In this document: positions 12,951 through 25,105 of the stretch, one piece after another | How positions within the stretch are numbered: position 1 is the stretch's first letter | Layout: each line of letters opens with the position of its first letter | Assembly: GCA_013265495.1 (NCBI GenBank) | Contig: MU058418.1 | Coordinates: 2,010,917 to 2,074,916 of the forward strand | Source of the DNA: Vicugna vicugna | Lineage: Eukaryota | Length of the DNA stretch: 64,000 nt | Direction of reading: 5' to 3' | The notes under the pieces: generated by a model | The model's input: only the letters and a program-made list of their open reading frames with translations | What the model was told of the DNA's origin: nothing | Databases searched by the model: none | Translations under genes and position numbers: made by a program

Positions 12951-15502
12951 TTCCCTACCTAAGCAAGCACCGGGCTGACCGTGTGAAGCGCCTGGGAGAC
13001 TTTCTGAACATGGAGAGCTTCGACCTAGCTCTACTGGAGGAGGTGGGCCGAGCGGAACCGGTGTGGAACCCTGGCTGGAGGTGGGGGCGGCTGGGGAAGC
13101 GGGACGGGGCTTTCTCCCTGGCATCTTTAACCTGCTCCTTAAGGTGTGGAGTGAGCAGGACTTCCAGGACCTGAGACAGAAGCTTTTGCCCACTTACCCA
13201 GCTGCACACTACTTCAGGAGGTGAGAAGCCGACTCACTTGGGAGCCTGTTCTCAAATCTGGGGGCTCTTGGCCCTGCCAGCCCTTCCCTATGCTTCCTGC
13301 ACCCTCTTCCTTCACCCGAGCGTTTTCTCTGCTGGGTGTGGGAGCAGAAGGCAGAATGAGGAAAATCTAGATCCTCAGCTCATCTTAGCTTTATTATCAG
13401 GCCGTCATATCACCCCACCAAGGCCTTTTGCTTTGAGCTTTGTTCAGAGGCTGGTGCCTGCAGCACAGAGAGAAAAAAGTAGCTGATAAGAGCTGGGAGA
13501 CAAAGGAGGGGAAGGGAGCTGGGTATTTCTCTCCCTGCTTTTCTGGTTATTAATCAGAACTTGGCTTTCAGCGGCATCATTGGCAGTGGCCTCTGTGTCT
13601 TCTCCAAACACCCAATCCAGGAATTCACCCAGCATGTCTTCACCCTCAATGGCTACCCCTACATGGTGAGCCTGATCTCTGACCTCTTCCACCTCCTTTC
13701 CCCACCCCCCACGAACACATAGTAAAGGAGGTCCCCTTCCTTGGACTATAGGGGATGGACAGAAAGAGAATGGCAGTGCCCTGAGTTCCTCCCCTCTCTT
13801 GCCTGCAGATCCATCATGGTGACTGGTTCTGTGGGAAGGCTGTGGGGCTGCTGGTGCTCCATCTGAGCGGATTGGTGCTCAATGCCTATGTGACCCATGT
13901 GAGTGAAGCTGGCAGTGCTTAGGGCTGGGACAGGCAGGCTCGTCCTGGGAGGGAGAGGTAGGACTTCTCTGGCTGGGCTGCCTTGGGGTGAGGTGTCTCT
14001 GGGCAGGATCTCCTAAGGCCAGCAGTCCAGGTTCACACATTTTTTAAGAAGCACCATACCAAGTGACAGACACAAGCTTGTTTTGCCCCTGCCCTTGGGA
14101 CTCTGTCTCATCTGCCATAATCTCATCTATCTTACTCAGCTCCATGCAGAGTACAATCGACAGAAGGATGTCTACCTAGCACATCGTGTGGCCCAAGCTT
14201 GGGAGCTGGCCCAGTTCATCCAGTGTGTGAGCCTGGGCTTGACAGGGGAAGTGGGATGGGGCCCAGGGACTGAGGAGTGGCAAGGGCCCCACTTTTAGGA
14301 CAGAGCTGGTGGGAGAATTCTTGCCTCACTATCTTGGTCACTCCAGCCACACATCCAAGAAGGCCGACATGGTTCTAATGTGTGGGGATCTCAACTTGCA
14401 CCCGAAAGACCTGGGCTGTCGCCTGCTGAAGGAGTGGACGGGGCTATGTGATGCCTATCTTGAGACCCGGGACTTCAAGGTGAGGACCTGCTATCTATTT
14501 CCCCCCCTACACCTGCAGCTTCTCTCCCTCCTCCTTTCCCCACATCCTAGCTCGAGCCAGCTATTCACCTAGGGCTCAGAAGAAGGCTGTACAATGGTAC
14601 CTGAGAACTGCTACGTCAATCGGCGGGAGCTGGAACAATTTCCCTTGGGCATCCGCATTGACTATGTGCTTTATAAGGTCAGACCACTCCCCACAACATG
14701 TCTTCACCCACTGTGTCTCTTTGTCTTTCACCAGCCTGTGCTGATCCTTTTTCCAACTAGTCTAGTCTTATATCACTGATGGCTGGAGAATGGGACAGCC
14801 AGGAGCTGGTTCTTTGGGAAGACACCCTCACAAAGAAGTTTCTCTCTGGCCCTTTTCCTAGGCAGTTTCTGGCCTATACATCTCCTGTAAGACTTTCAAA
14901 ACTACCACAGGCCGTGACCCTCACAGTGGCACCCCACTCTCCGATCATGAAGCCCTGATGGCTACTCTGTGTGTGAGACACAGCCCCCCCCAGCACACCT
15001 CCAACCCTTCTCATGGTGAGTCATCCCCATCCTTTTCCTTGGCCCTTCCCCACCACAAGGCAGCCTCTCCACTCTGACCATCTCCCCCACCCCACTGCCC
15101 TGTCTTGTTCTAGGACCAGCAGAGAGGTCAGCATTGATCAGTGTGCTGAGGGAGGCCTGGACAGAGCTGGACCAGGGCATGGCTCAAGCTCTCTGGTGGG
15201 CCACCATCGCTGGCTACGTGATTGGTCTGGGTCTGCTGCTCCTGGCGTTGCTGTGTGCCCTGGCAGTTGGAGGAGGGATCAGGGAAGTTGCTATACTGCT
15301 CTGGACCCCTAGTGTGGGACTGGTGCTGGGGGCAGGTGCAGTCTACCTCTTCCACGTGCAGGAGGCCAAAGGCTTGTGTAGGGCCCGAGCTGAGCTCCAG
15401 CATGTGCTAGGAAGGGCAAGGGAGGCCCAGGATCTGAGCCCAGAGTCCCAGCCAGCTCTGCAACCAGGACGGCAGGAGGGGGACAGAGCTGAGGAACAAT
15501 AA
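12667..15502 (+). CDS. SMPD2: Sphingomyelin phosphodiesterase 2 (neutral sphingomyelinase 1), complete, 423 aa
   Basis: Exons: 12667-12716, 12946-13042, 13144-13220, 13572-13665, 13809-13898, 14140-14222, 14347-14479, 14573-14677, 14862-15015, 15114-15502 (1272 nt). All introns GT-AG. Starts MKPNFSLRLRVFNLNCWG; contains EEP-fold motifs LLEEVW, GDLN, RIDY and SDH, and two C-terminal hydrophobic helices. Confidence 0.97.
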
Positions 15503-15503
15503 A
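15498..15503 (+). terminator. SMPD2 polyadenylation signal AATAAA overlapping the stop codon
   Basis: GAA CAA TAA A. A U-rich downstream element follows at ~15521-15539, and no other plus-strand AATAAA was seen before the MICAL1 3' end. Confidence 0.7.
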
Positions 15504-15675
15504 GCTTGACACTTTTATGGCTCTGCCTTTTTCCTTTTAGAGGCAGTGACTGGGGCCAGCAGTCCCTGTGATTGTTACAGTGTAGACCTTCAGGCTCCTA
15601 CACATCTTCCACCCTCCCTGCACACTCCCCCACCTCCCAGCTGCAGGCAGCCAAAAACGTTATGGCAGAGACGTT

Positions 15676-15681
15676 TTTATT
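15676..15681 (-). terminator. MICAL1 polyadenylation signal AATAAA
   Basis: TTTATT on plus, about 107 nt past the MICAL1 stop. Confidence 0.75.
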
Positions 15682-15787
15682 ATAAACAGTGAAGCCCTCT
15701 TCCAGGCAGCCCAGATGAACAGAGTGGCACCATGCTGGGGTGAGGTGGTCTTCGTTGCACGGGATAAGACAGGCAGCCCACCCTCTT

Positions 15788-18700
15788 TTAGCCCTGGGCC
15801 CCTGACCCTGCGGCCAGCTCGCTGAGCCTGCGCTCCTCCCGGAAGCGGATGAGGGCATCTCGCTGGTTCACCACGTCCACCAGCTGCCTCAGAACCTGGT
15901 CCTCAGCCTGCCGATCAGCAGCTGTCTTCAGGATTTCTGCAGGTAGGAGAGGAAGCTTAGAGAACAGAGAACTGGCAGGGAGGCAGGAGAGGCACAAGCT
16001 AATCCCGGCCTGTGTGACTTCTACAATCCCAGCTGTTTCCTAGTCTGAATTTGGTTTATCAGCACTAATGGTTTTCTACCATTGCTTAGCAGCAGCACCA
16101 TTTCAAAGGAAATCTTGCATAAAAGCCCAATTGTGCAGCTCTGACTGCACTGAAGGTGCAGAGTAAGGGCATGGAGCCCCATCCTCTGGCTTCCTCCAAT
16201 TCAAGAGGCAGTTCGGCCTCAGAGGTACTCAGACTAGAGGACCATTGCCTGGGCAGTATCTGATATCATGAGGCTTATACAGCCTCTCCAACGTCCCACC
16301 TACCTTCCCGGTTTATATAGGTTCGTAGTTTTTGGTCCAGCTGCCACTGTTTCTCCTCCAGGTTCAACTCCTGTACCCTGTGGAGGCAGAGAGAGAAAAG
16401 GCACAGGTGTCCGGGGTGCTGAAGGACCTGGCTGGAGCCTGGCTTATAGGCCACTGTCACCCACTCCCCAGCCTAGACACGCCTTACGTGATCATGAGCT
16501 CGGCCTCCTCAGCCACCAGGCTGTTTTTCTCCTGAACGAGCTGCAGCAGCTGTTCTAGCCATAGCGCCTTTTGCTTTTTGGGGGAACCTGATAAGGAAAA
16601 AGGGGAGCCAGTCAGGAGGCCTCCAGCCAGAGTCACAGGAGTCATGGGCATGCAGAGTGGAGCCTGCCGTGGGCTAGAGCCGGGTGGAGGAGGGGGTTGC
16701 TGGGGGCATTAAACAGTGCTCAGAGGCAGAGGTGTCCCAACTCATCGCTCCCCTGTCTTCACTCACTGCTCTGGCTCCTCAAGGCCAGCTCCAGCTTCGT
16801 GCCCTTGGCCTCCAGCTCCCTCAGAGCCACCTCAATCTCATTTAGTCGCCGCTGGATGGCCTGAGGAGTACAGGACAGGAGACCCAGAAGTCTGTGGATT
16901 GCTCAAGAACAGAGCCTGGGAGGAGCTCTGATGCCCAGTCTCAGAACTCTGACCCCATCAGAACTTCAGGAACCCCTAGGCCCCACCTGAGCCTTGCAGA
17001 ACCGTTTCATCTCCTCCTCCTTAGCACGGCGCAGCAGAGTCCGACGCCACGTTGGGTAATTGTTCATGGTGCCTGAGTTCTTGGCCAAGTTCCACAGGAC
17101 CTGTGGCAGGGTCAGGCCAGTCAGCGGTGGATAGGGGCTGGGGAAGCTCCATTTGGAAGGGACCAGAAAGACCCTGGACAGGAAGTGGGGTAAGTTCTGA
17201 TAGAAAAAATGGAAGCTTAGAGACATGAAGGAGTCAAAACTGGGTGAGAAGACATTAGGAGACATTTGGACTCAGAGGAGGGAGCATGCTGAGGCAGGGC
17301 AGAGGGTGGGGGAGTGTATTTAGTGGATGTGTGCTGGCTTGGGCAGAATAGGTGGCCAGGTTCCTGCCACTTAACCTGTTGTGTGTCTGGATCCAAAGGC
17401 ATATCTTCCTCTTCCTCTGCTTCCTCTTCACCGGAGGAGGGACTCTCTTCTTCCTCATTCTCCATGGCTGCCAGAACTGAGCAGAGAAGTAGACATGGCC
17501 TGGGATCCCCACGACCTCCCTTTCCATTCCCCAGCATCCCCTTCCAAGAATCCTAATACCACCAGCCCCATCCCCACCCTGGGCCAGCAGTTACCTTGCG
17601 ATCTCTGGGCTGGTACTCCCCAGCCCACAAAGCTGCCCTCCAGGGCCTGGTGGGCCAAGGCAGAGCAGCTTCGGGGGGGCTTGGGTGGAGGCTCCATTTC
17701 CGGGTCAGGGGTAAGATGAAGGGAGGATAACTGCTGGCGTTCCGGGCTAGAAAGGCGGATCAGTCGACGGGTGGGCTGGCTGAGGCCTAGGGCAGGACTG
17801 GTCCCCTCCTGGGGGGCCATAGGAGTCGAGGGGCCTAATGGCATGTTACTCTCATCTGGTGTGGGAAGGTCCTAGAAAAGTCACCATATCTTTTGGTCAG
17901 GAACCTGCTCAGTGTGGGTTGAGGCTGCCCCTTTAGACAGATGTGGGCCCTGGCATTCATTCCTGTATGCCATTTCCTGAACAGTGGGATACATCAATAA
18001 GTGAAACAGGACAAAAATCCCTGCCATCGTGGAACTTACGCTCTAGTAGAGAGCGTTCGGTTACCCCTGGCAAAGTCGGCTGGGCTTGGACAGCCCTTCC
18101 CTCTTCCCCACCCCTCACACACACTTTCACAGCTTTTACCTGACTCTCAGGGCCTGTGTCACTGCCATCCTCTTTGTGGCCTGGTTGGGGCAGGTGCTGG
18201 AGGCAGTAGAAATGTCCTGGGAAGGTCAGAGATAGGAGGAGGCATCAGATGTAGGCAGCCCAGTGCCAAGCTGCTCAGTTTATCAAGGAAAGTGGGGCTG
18301 AAAGGACTGCATTTGCAGGTAAATTTTGACTAGCCTCTCCATTCCTTACAACCCCATGTTAGGGGCTTTGGAGGGGACAGAGAAGACCCTGAGCTCAGGG
18401 GAAGAAAGTGTCATCTTTAGCCTGTTTCTACCTCATGTCCAGCACCCCACTTCCCCTCCACCTTCAAGCTCCTGCCCCCCAGGCAGAGCCAGACCCAAAG
18501 TCCCTCTGGAGGCCTCCCAGTCTCACTTACCATCTTCTGGGTGCTGCCCATAGCCACCTGGCCACAATGTGGCCTCACAGATATGGCAGCGGAAGCAGCT
18601 CCGATGGAAGAAACGGCCATCGGCACAGAGGCGCTCCAGGATATAGAGGTGTTCCCCACAGAGCGCACACAGGTCCTCGGCACCGGCCTGCAATGGCCCC

Positions 18701-21700
18701 CAGGTTGCAGGTCAGCTGCAGTCAAGGCTGGCTGCAAATTCCTCTCTTCCTCTGAAACACCCCTTCCTGCCCTTCCAGGCCTGTCTGCAGACAGAGCCCC
18801 TGTTCTCACCTCCTGGTGTTCAGATGGGGGTGTCACGGGCTCTGGGACAGGTGGCTCCTCAGTACTTGGGGTTTCAGCCTCTACCTAAAAAGGTAAGTGC
18901 TCAGGCCCAGAGGTAGAGGGGCAGGCTCAGCTGGGGAGTGTATGGGTGCAGATGAATAGAAAGAACTGGAAGGAAGGGGAGCAAGACCAGGAAGGGAGAC
19001 TGGATGGGGGGTTACAGAACCTGGGGTGGGGAGCAAGACATGGGGGGGACAGGACATGGGAAGGGACTGTCCAGCCCCTGTGAGCATTTACCTCCAGGCG
19101 AGGCTTCTTACCACCAGCATCCTTCCCGTTTTCCTGCAACAAGTCCTACATTCTGAGCCTGGGGGTCTGAGTCCCCAGTCCTCCACTTCCCTCATTCTCT
19201 TCCTTCCCATCACCCCAGAAATCCCCACAGGGAACTCACTGTCCAGCCCAACCCCACTCAAACTCTCCACCTGGGCCCGGGTCCGTTGCAGGGTCCTCTG
19301 CAGTTTGCCAAGGAGGAGTACAGCACCGGCGATGCCTGCGGAGCCTGGGCTGACGGGGCCTGCAGGGAGTCGGGGTAGACGGGGGGGCCCAGAAAGGAAG
19401 GATACCTCTCACAGGCTGTCTGTTAGAGGGTGCTCTCTCCTTTCTCTCTCTCTCTCTGTCTCTTAACACACACATCACCACACCTCCTCACCCCATCTCT
19501 GTCCCACCCACCTACCCTCCAGGTCACCTGGGTTGTGGGGTGTGTTCTTGAAGGCACTGTGGAAGTGGCTGAGGTAGGCAATGAGGCCCAGCGGGTCACT
19601 CCCTGCCACCACTGCTTGTGCAGACAGCACCGGCGTGATGCCCAGCTCATGCTCTGCCATCCTCAGCGCCCAAGAAGTTGCTTCCAGAGCCCCCACTCCC
19701 TGCAGCTCTGAGGGTTCCCTGTTGGGGGTTGGGGAGAAAAGCCAATGGGAGAATAGAACTTGACCCCATGGGAGAAGAGGGACAGTAGGAGGGAGGAGAG
19801 GGCATAAAGTGTATTTATTCTCTGTGCTACTCCCCCGTGCTCCCTCCCCAAAGACAAAGGCTGGCCTTGGGGGCCTCTACCACTCACAAAGCTTTCCCTA
19901 TTGAACGCATGTGATTCTCCTAGGCAGGCAGAGTCAGGAATACCATCTCTAGGGAGGTGAAGTGACTAGGGCAGGATTATTAGCAAGAGGTGGCACTGGG
20001 ACTCAGCTGGGTGTGCTAACACCTACACAGGGATCCCCCACCATTCTACCCTGCCTGGAGGCAGGGCAGGGGCATGAAAGAGAGGTATGGTCTGCCAGGG
20101 ACCCCCAAGCCCAATTCCTGACTCACAGTAGGCTGGGCCGCAGTCGGTGCACCAGGGCACACAGAGCCAGCCCGTCAGCCCAGGAGGAAGACAAGTCGGT
20201 GACATGGACACCTGGGTACCCAGCTGTCTGCTCCTGGCACCAGCGCAGCAGCTCCTCCTGGGTGCCCGCTGACCCTAGGAGAGGAGGTTATGCTGTGCCC
20301 AAGGCCCCCTGGCTCTCAGAGCCCAGTTGCTGAGTGTGGGTCTGTATAGGAGTGGGAGGCAGGGAACGCACCCCTACGGGGGCCCCAGCTAACAGTGTCA
20401 GTAGCACCTCTTTCATCCCAATTTTTTCATTTGAAAAAAATACTTCTTTGGAATAAAGTAGGGGGATGAATGGAGTGAAATCATCGCTAGCCCCATAGAG
20501 GCAGCAGGCTATGAACTGAGGGGCAGAGGCTAAAAAGGAGAGGCAGGTTTGGGGTCTGCAAGGCGGGAAGGGGCAGGATGGCTGAGAATAGTGTAGCATG
20601 GCTGCCATCCAGCTGCTTGGTGACAGCAGTGGTTTAAATGCTGAAATACTTCCACACAGGTTGGCAGACAGCTGCCCCTGCGCTCTCCAGGACGCCCTCA
20701 ACCTCCCCACTATCCACCAGTGCTCCAGACTCTGCTCCCTGCTGGTGGGGTGGCCACAGCTATTCTGATGCTCGGTGCTTGTGCCTCACTGCTCGGTAAA
20801 TATTTTGGACATGGCCCTGGATGGAGGCCTGCTCACCGGTGGCCAGCTCTCCTGAGTCTGTCTTGTCACTGATCCTCCGAACCGGCTCCTTGGCCTCCAC
20901 GTTATACAGGTCTCGTACCTAAGGCAGCCCCTTTCAGGCCTTGAGGCAGGCTGACCACACACCCTTCTCAGCCCATGGAAGAGGGGCTGCCTGGGTGGGA
21001 CTCACCCAGAAAGGCAGTGACTGGGCCGGCCAGGAGGGAAGACCTGACCTGGTGGGGGCTGACCTGGCAAGTCTGGGGATACCGGGGGTTCTGACCTGAT
21101 TGGGGGTCACAGCCCGGAGGTTCAGGTTGGGGTAGCGGGTGGTTGGGTCCAGCCCATACTGGGCCACATTATGGTGCATATTTTCTGGGGAGGTCTGTGA
21201 CAGGAGCTGGTACAGGCTCTCTCTGGAGGGGGAGGGGGAGGGACAGGGGCACAGGTGGGAGGGCACTGTCAGCACCCACCCCTCAAGAATTGCCAGGCCT
21301 TTCTTTTGCCTATGCCCCCATCTACTCACCCAGCACCCCTGATCCTATTCCTGACTCTTATCCTATATCCAGCCCTGCCCTACCCCCCAACTCAGGCCTC
21401 ACCGCTCTGCCAACACCTCTAGCGGCCCAACGCCCTCTGCCCACTGCTTCACCATCCAGGCAGCATCAAAGGCGGCCAAGAAGCCCCGGGCCACTCCAGT
21501 GCCCAGCGGCCAGAAGGGCTGTGGGGTCAGGAGGACAGGAAAACAGCTCAGTGCGAGTCCAACAGGAGTACCCAAGCCCAGATGCCCAAGGGCCAAAGCA
21601 GAGGGGCCCTCACCCCACCAAGCCGCCCTCAGCTCCTCCTTACAATAAGCAAACCTTTTTCACCCCCTCCCTCCCAGGAGGCCACTTCCTCCTTCAACCA

Positions 21701-24700
21701 CAGAACCCCTGTGCTTCCTTACAAGGAGTCCAGAGAGCCCCTCTCCCTCCCCAGTCAGCGACATTGACCCCTCACCTCCACCAGGCAGTCCCCGACCAGC
21801 CCCAGCAGCAGGCGGGCGCCGTGCTTCTCCTGCACCCGAGCAGAGCTCTCTGCCCGCATCATGCTTGTGAAGTCAAAGGCAGAGACATCAGGCCGCCCAT
21901 GGGCGTCTTGGGCAAACTCCAGCTTCCCAAGCTTGCCGTGGGTGGCAAAGTTGGCAGCTGCTCGAGCAAAGCGCTGCAAAGCCTCGGGCACCACATTGGC
22001 GCTGCCAAGCAGCCGGTCGGTATCCGGCCAGTCCTACATGGCCAACAGATCAGAACCAACAGGGTAAACTGGGCCATCCTGTCCCCTTAGGGTAGAAGGT
22101 ACATATCCTGAGGCCCCAGGAAGGGGCTTCCCAGATGACACAGCAGTTGAAGGCTGAGCAAGGACTAAAATTTCAACTTCAACGTCCTCTCATGCTCAAG
22201 CCCTTCCCTCAACACTCACCCTATGCTGGGGTCTCAGGCCCCACCCTGCCTCCAAGGCCCAGTCTCATTACTGTTACCGTATACTCATTTGGACAAATCA
22301 CTGAGCTTCTCAGAGCCTCAATTTCCCCATCATTTAGAAATAAGATACCTAACTTCTCAAGGTACTCGTGAGAATTAGGTGAGAAAATGCACATAAATCT
22401 CAACACAGTACCCGCACACGAGGTGTTCAACTAGTTCATTCAGCAAATAGTTTACTTATGTACACTTACTATATACCAGGCACCACTCTGGGAACTGGGA
22501 ATCATCACCAAGAGAAACAAAGAGACAAAACCCCTGCCCCCATGCAGCTTACATCTATAGTCTTGTGGCTAGTATATGGTGTTTAGCCCAGAATATGAGC
22601 CAGACTGCTATGCAAGTCCCAGGGGAGAGAGGATGGGTTCCCTCTGCATCAAGGGGGAGACTGTGCCCAGGCCTGGCCTCTGTCTCCTGGGGCCCACCAC
22701 CCTGCCCCTCTCTGCCTGGGCCCGGGCCCCACCTGACGCAGCACCCCCAGCCGCAACAGGCACTGCTTCTTGGCTGTCATCACAAAGTAGTGGGTATCAT
22801 CCTTGTAGTATACAATGTTCTCCAGATCAATGCCTGTGGGGACAGGGCAGGGTTCAGGGGTTGTGTCTCCTCATTATGTGTCACCTCTCCACATACCCCA
22901 GCCATGCCTGACCTCCGAGAGATGGGATCACAGCTTAGCCTGCATTGGCTGCCCCCCCGCCACAGGAGCCCATGAGTTCTAGTGACACAATGGCCTATCT
23001 GTCCCAGGCCCAGGAGACCTAAAGATGTGGAGCAAAGAGAGAAACTTGGGTGGGGTGGCAGCTGGGAGACCTGTACCATGTGGTCACAGGCTTGCAGAAG
23101 ACAGCCTGGCTTCTCCAACTGGGGTGTGCACACTCCAGGGGGCATGACAGTGTGAACCCAAACTAAACATAGGGCGTCTTCTGGAAGTCCCACTTTCATT
23201 TGGAATTTATATCGTTTCTATAGTAAAGCATATGTAAAGAAGCACAGAGCAAATCCCATGCATTCTTGGAAGAGATTTCTAAGACTTGTCCTACTAGGTG
23301 GTCAGCTGGGGCTATACCTGCTGAGTCTCCGGGGGCACGGGTTCTTTGCTGCCAAGACCGCAAAGATGGAAAAGTATGAGATTCCTTGAACTATGGACAG
23401 ATCTGAGAGGGAGAGGCGGGAGGCAGGCCAAAGTCTGGCATGGGGAGGAGAAACCCTGTGGGCAGGGCCCTGACCTGTGGCTTTGAGCAGGCTCTGGAAG
23501 AAGCTCTGGTTGTAGATCCTGGCCACGCCGCTGATCTCAGGCACCTGCGTCTCTTCCACGGTGCGCCCATTTACAAAGTTGGCTGTGATGCCAATGGCCA
23601 GTTTGCCACGCATTTCTCGCACTGTGAAGCCTAGAGATGGGGACAGGTGGGGAGTGGCAAAAGGACAGCCCAAAAAAGCCCAAGAGGAAACCAAGATGCT
23701 GGCTCCTTCAAGGAAAGAGATCACTCACCTTCAGGGACGAATTTACCTCCAGCAGCAGAGATGAGGACATCAAATTCATAGTTGGTCAGTTGGGCTGGGG
23801 GGTTGGGCTGGAGCTGGGCACGCCAGCCACTCCCTGGGGCAGAGGGTGTGAGTGGTGCAAAAGCGTGGAAATCTGAAGGGGCCCCCATATTCCCAGGACA
23901 AGCCAGTGAAATAATTAAACATGTAAAGGGCTTTATGGTTTAGAAAGGGATGACACATTGTCTATCAAATTATACCTTCGCAACAGCCATGGGAAGTGGG
24001 GAAGGAAAGAAATACTTCACATTTTACAGATGCTCAAAATGCAGCTCAGTAGGGATTTACACAAGGCCACACTATTAGAAAGGGAGACAGCTCATTCCCA
24101 ACCCCTCCCTTTTTCTTCCACAAGGCCAAGATGTCCTTGGCAGAGCCAGATATCAGGCTCAGAAAGTACTCACCTTTTTTGGGAGGGGGCTGGAGGCCGG
24201 TGAAAGTGACACCCCAGTGAATTTCCACCCCCAGCAATAATGCCACTTTCAACAAAAGCAGCTGAAGTTGCCGGATGCCTGGAAGGGAGAAGACATTAGG
24301 AACAGAACACTGGGACCCCACAGCCTCCCGAAGCACTGGTATGCCCCTGGTCAGAGCAGGAGAAGGTCTTAGGGATCACTCAGTCCAACTGCCCATTTTA
24401 CAGGTGAGAGACCTGAGTCCTGAAAGCTACCTGGCTGAAGTGAATCTCGTCCACTCTGCCCCTTGGCTGGCCCAGCAGCGCCCTCACTGGCCTGTCTCTA
24501 GGCCCAGGCTCACCCGCCCCTCCAGACTACCACACGGTGCTCACTGATGTGGTCCAGGGAGCCTGTGCAAAAACGCCCATAGAACTTCTTGGCACCAAGT
24601 CCCCGAAGGTCATGAATGGTGAAGGGCCAGAGGTGGAGCACGTTGTGGCGAGAGAACTTGGTGCGCTTCTCTACCAGCACCACGCGGGCCCCGAGCATCG

Positions 24701-25105
24701 CCAGCTCCACGGCAGCCCGCAGCCCGCAAGGTCCCGCACCCACCACTAGGCACTGCGAACACACAAGGCAATATGGGCCTGGCATCAGGCCTCCCTCCCC
24801 TGACTTACCCCACTCTCCAAGCTCCATCCCAGGCACTGTGTACCCACCTTGGTGCTGGTGCAGGCCCGGCCCTGCTGGTACACAGGCTGGCTGGCTCGCT
24901 TGTCCAGCTTGGCCCACAGCGACTTGGCGCTCCAGTAGTTGAGCTGGGCCTTGATCTTGTGGTACTGGGGCAGCCCCCCTCCCGGCTCCAGCCCCAAGGC
25001 CCCGCACAGCCCCTGGAAGCTGCTTAGCACATCCTGGCACAGCTGGGCCTGCAGGAAGCTCTCAAAGTGGGCATGTGCAGGGTTGGTGGAGGTGGGTGCG
25101 GCCAT
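15788..25105 (-). CDS. MICAL1: MICAL1 [F-actin]-monooxygenase (FAD monooxygenase, CH, LIM, C-terminal Rab-binding coiled coil), complete, 1067 aa
   Basis: Coding exons on minus: 24848-25105, 24545-24752, 24174-24278, 23729-23833, 23475-23630, 22733-22833, 21776-22033, 21403-21518, 21096-21222, 20837-20918, 20127-20274, 19528-19718, 19271-19359, 19092-19133, 18810-18884, 18531-18687, 18140-18216, 17595-17871, 17376-17476, 16987-17100, 16767-16860, 16488-16587, 16304-16377, 15788-15936 (3204 nt). Motifs: GAGPCG FAD-binding, CH (ELLRWCQ...[13 protein letters not shown]), LIM (CALC...FFHRSCFRC), PPKPP. Confidence 0.97.
22270..22560. mobile_element. MIR plus L2 remnants in a MICAL1 intron
   Basis: GCCTCAATTTCCCCATCATTTAGAAAT (MIR core) followed by TTCATTCAGCAAATAGTTTACT (L2 3' end). 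Further MIRs at ~24350-24440, 27560-27900, 31440-31600 and 46710-46930. Confidence 0.6.

Noticed and set aside
11938..12962. Long overlapping ORFs in CpG islands (e.g. 12069-12704, 26916-27521, 48270-48986)
   Set aside because: Low-complexity R/P/G/A translations, expected from stop-codon scarcity in GC-rich DNA. No recognisable domains.
21143..22090. 315-aa plus-strand ORF and other ORFs antisense to MICAL1
   Set aside because: Antisense shadows over GC-rich exons and introns, with no protein features.
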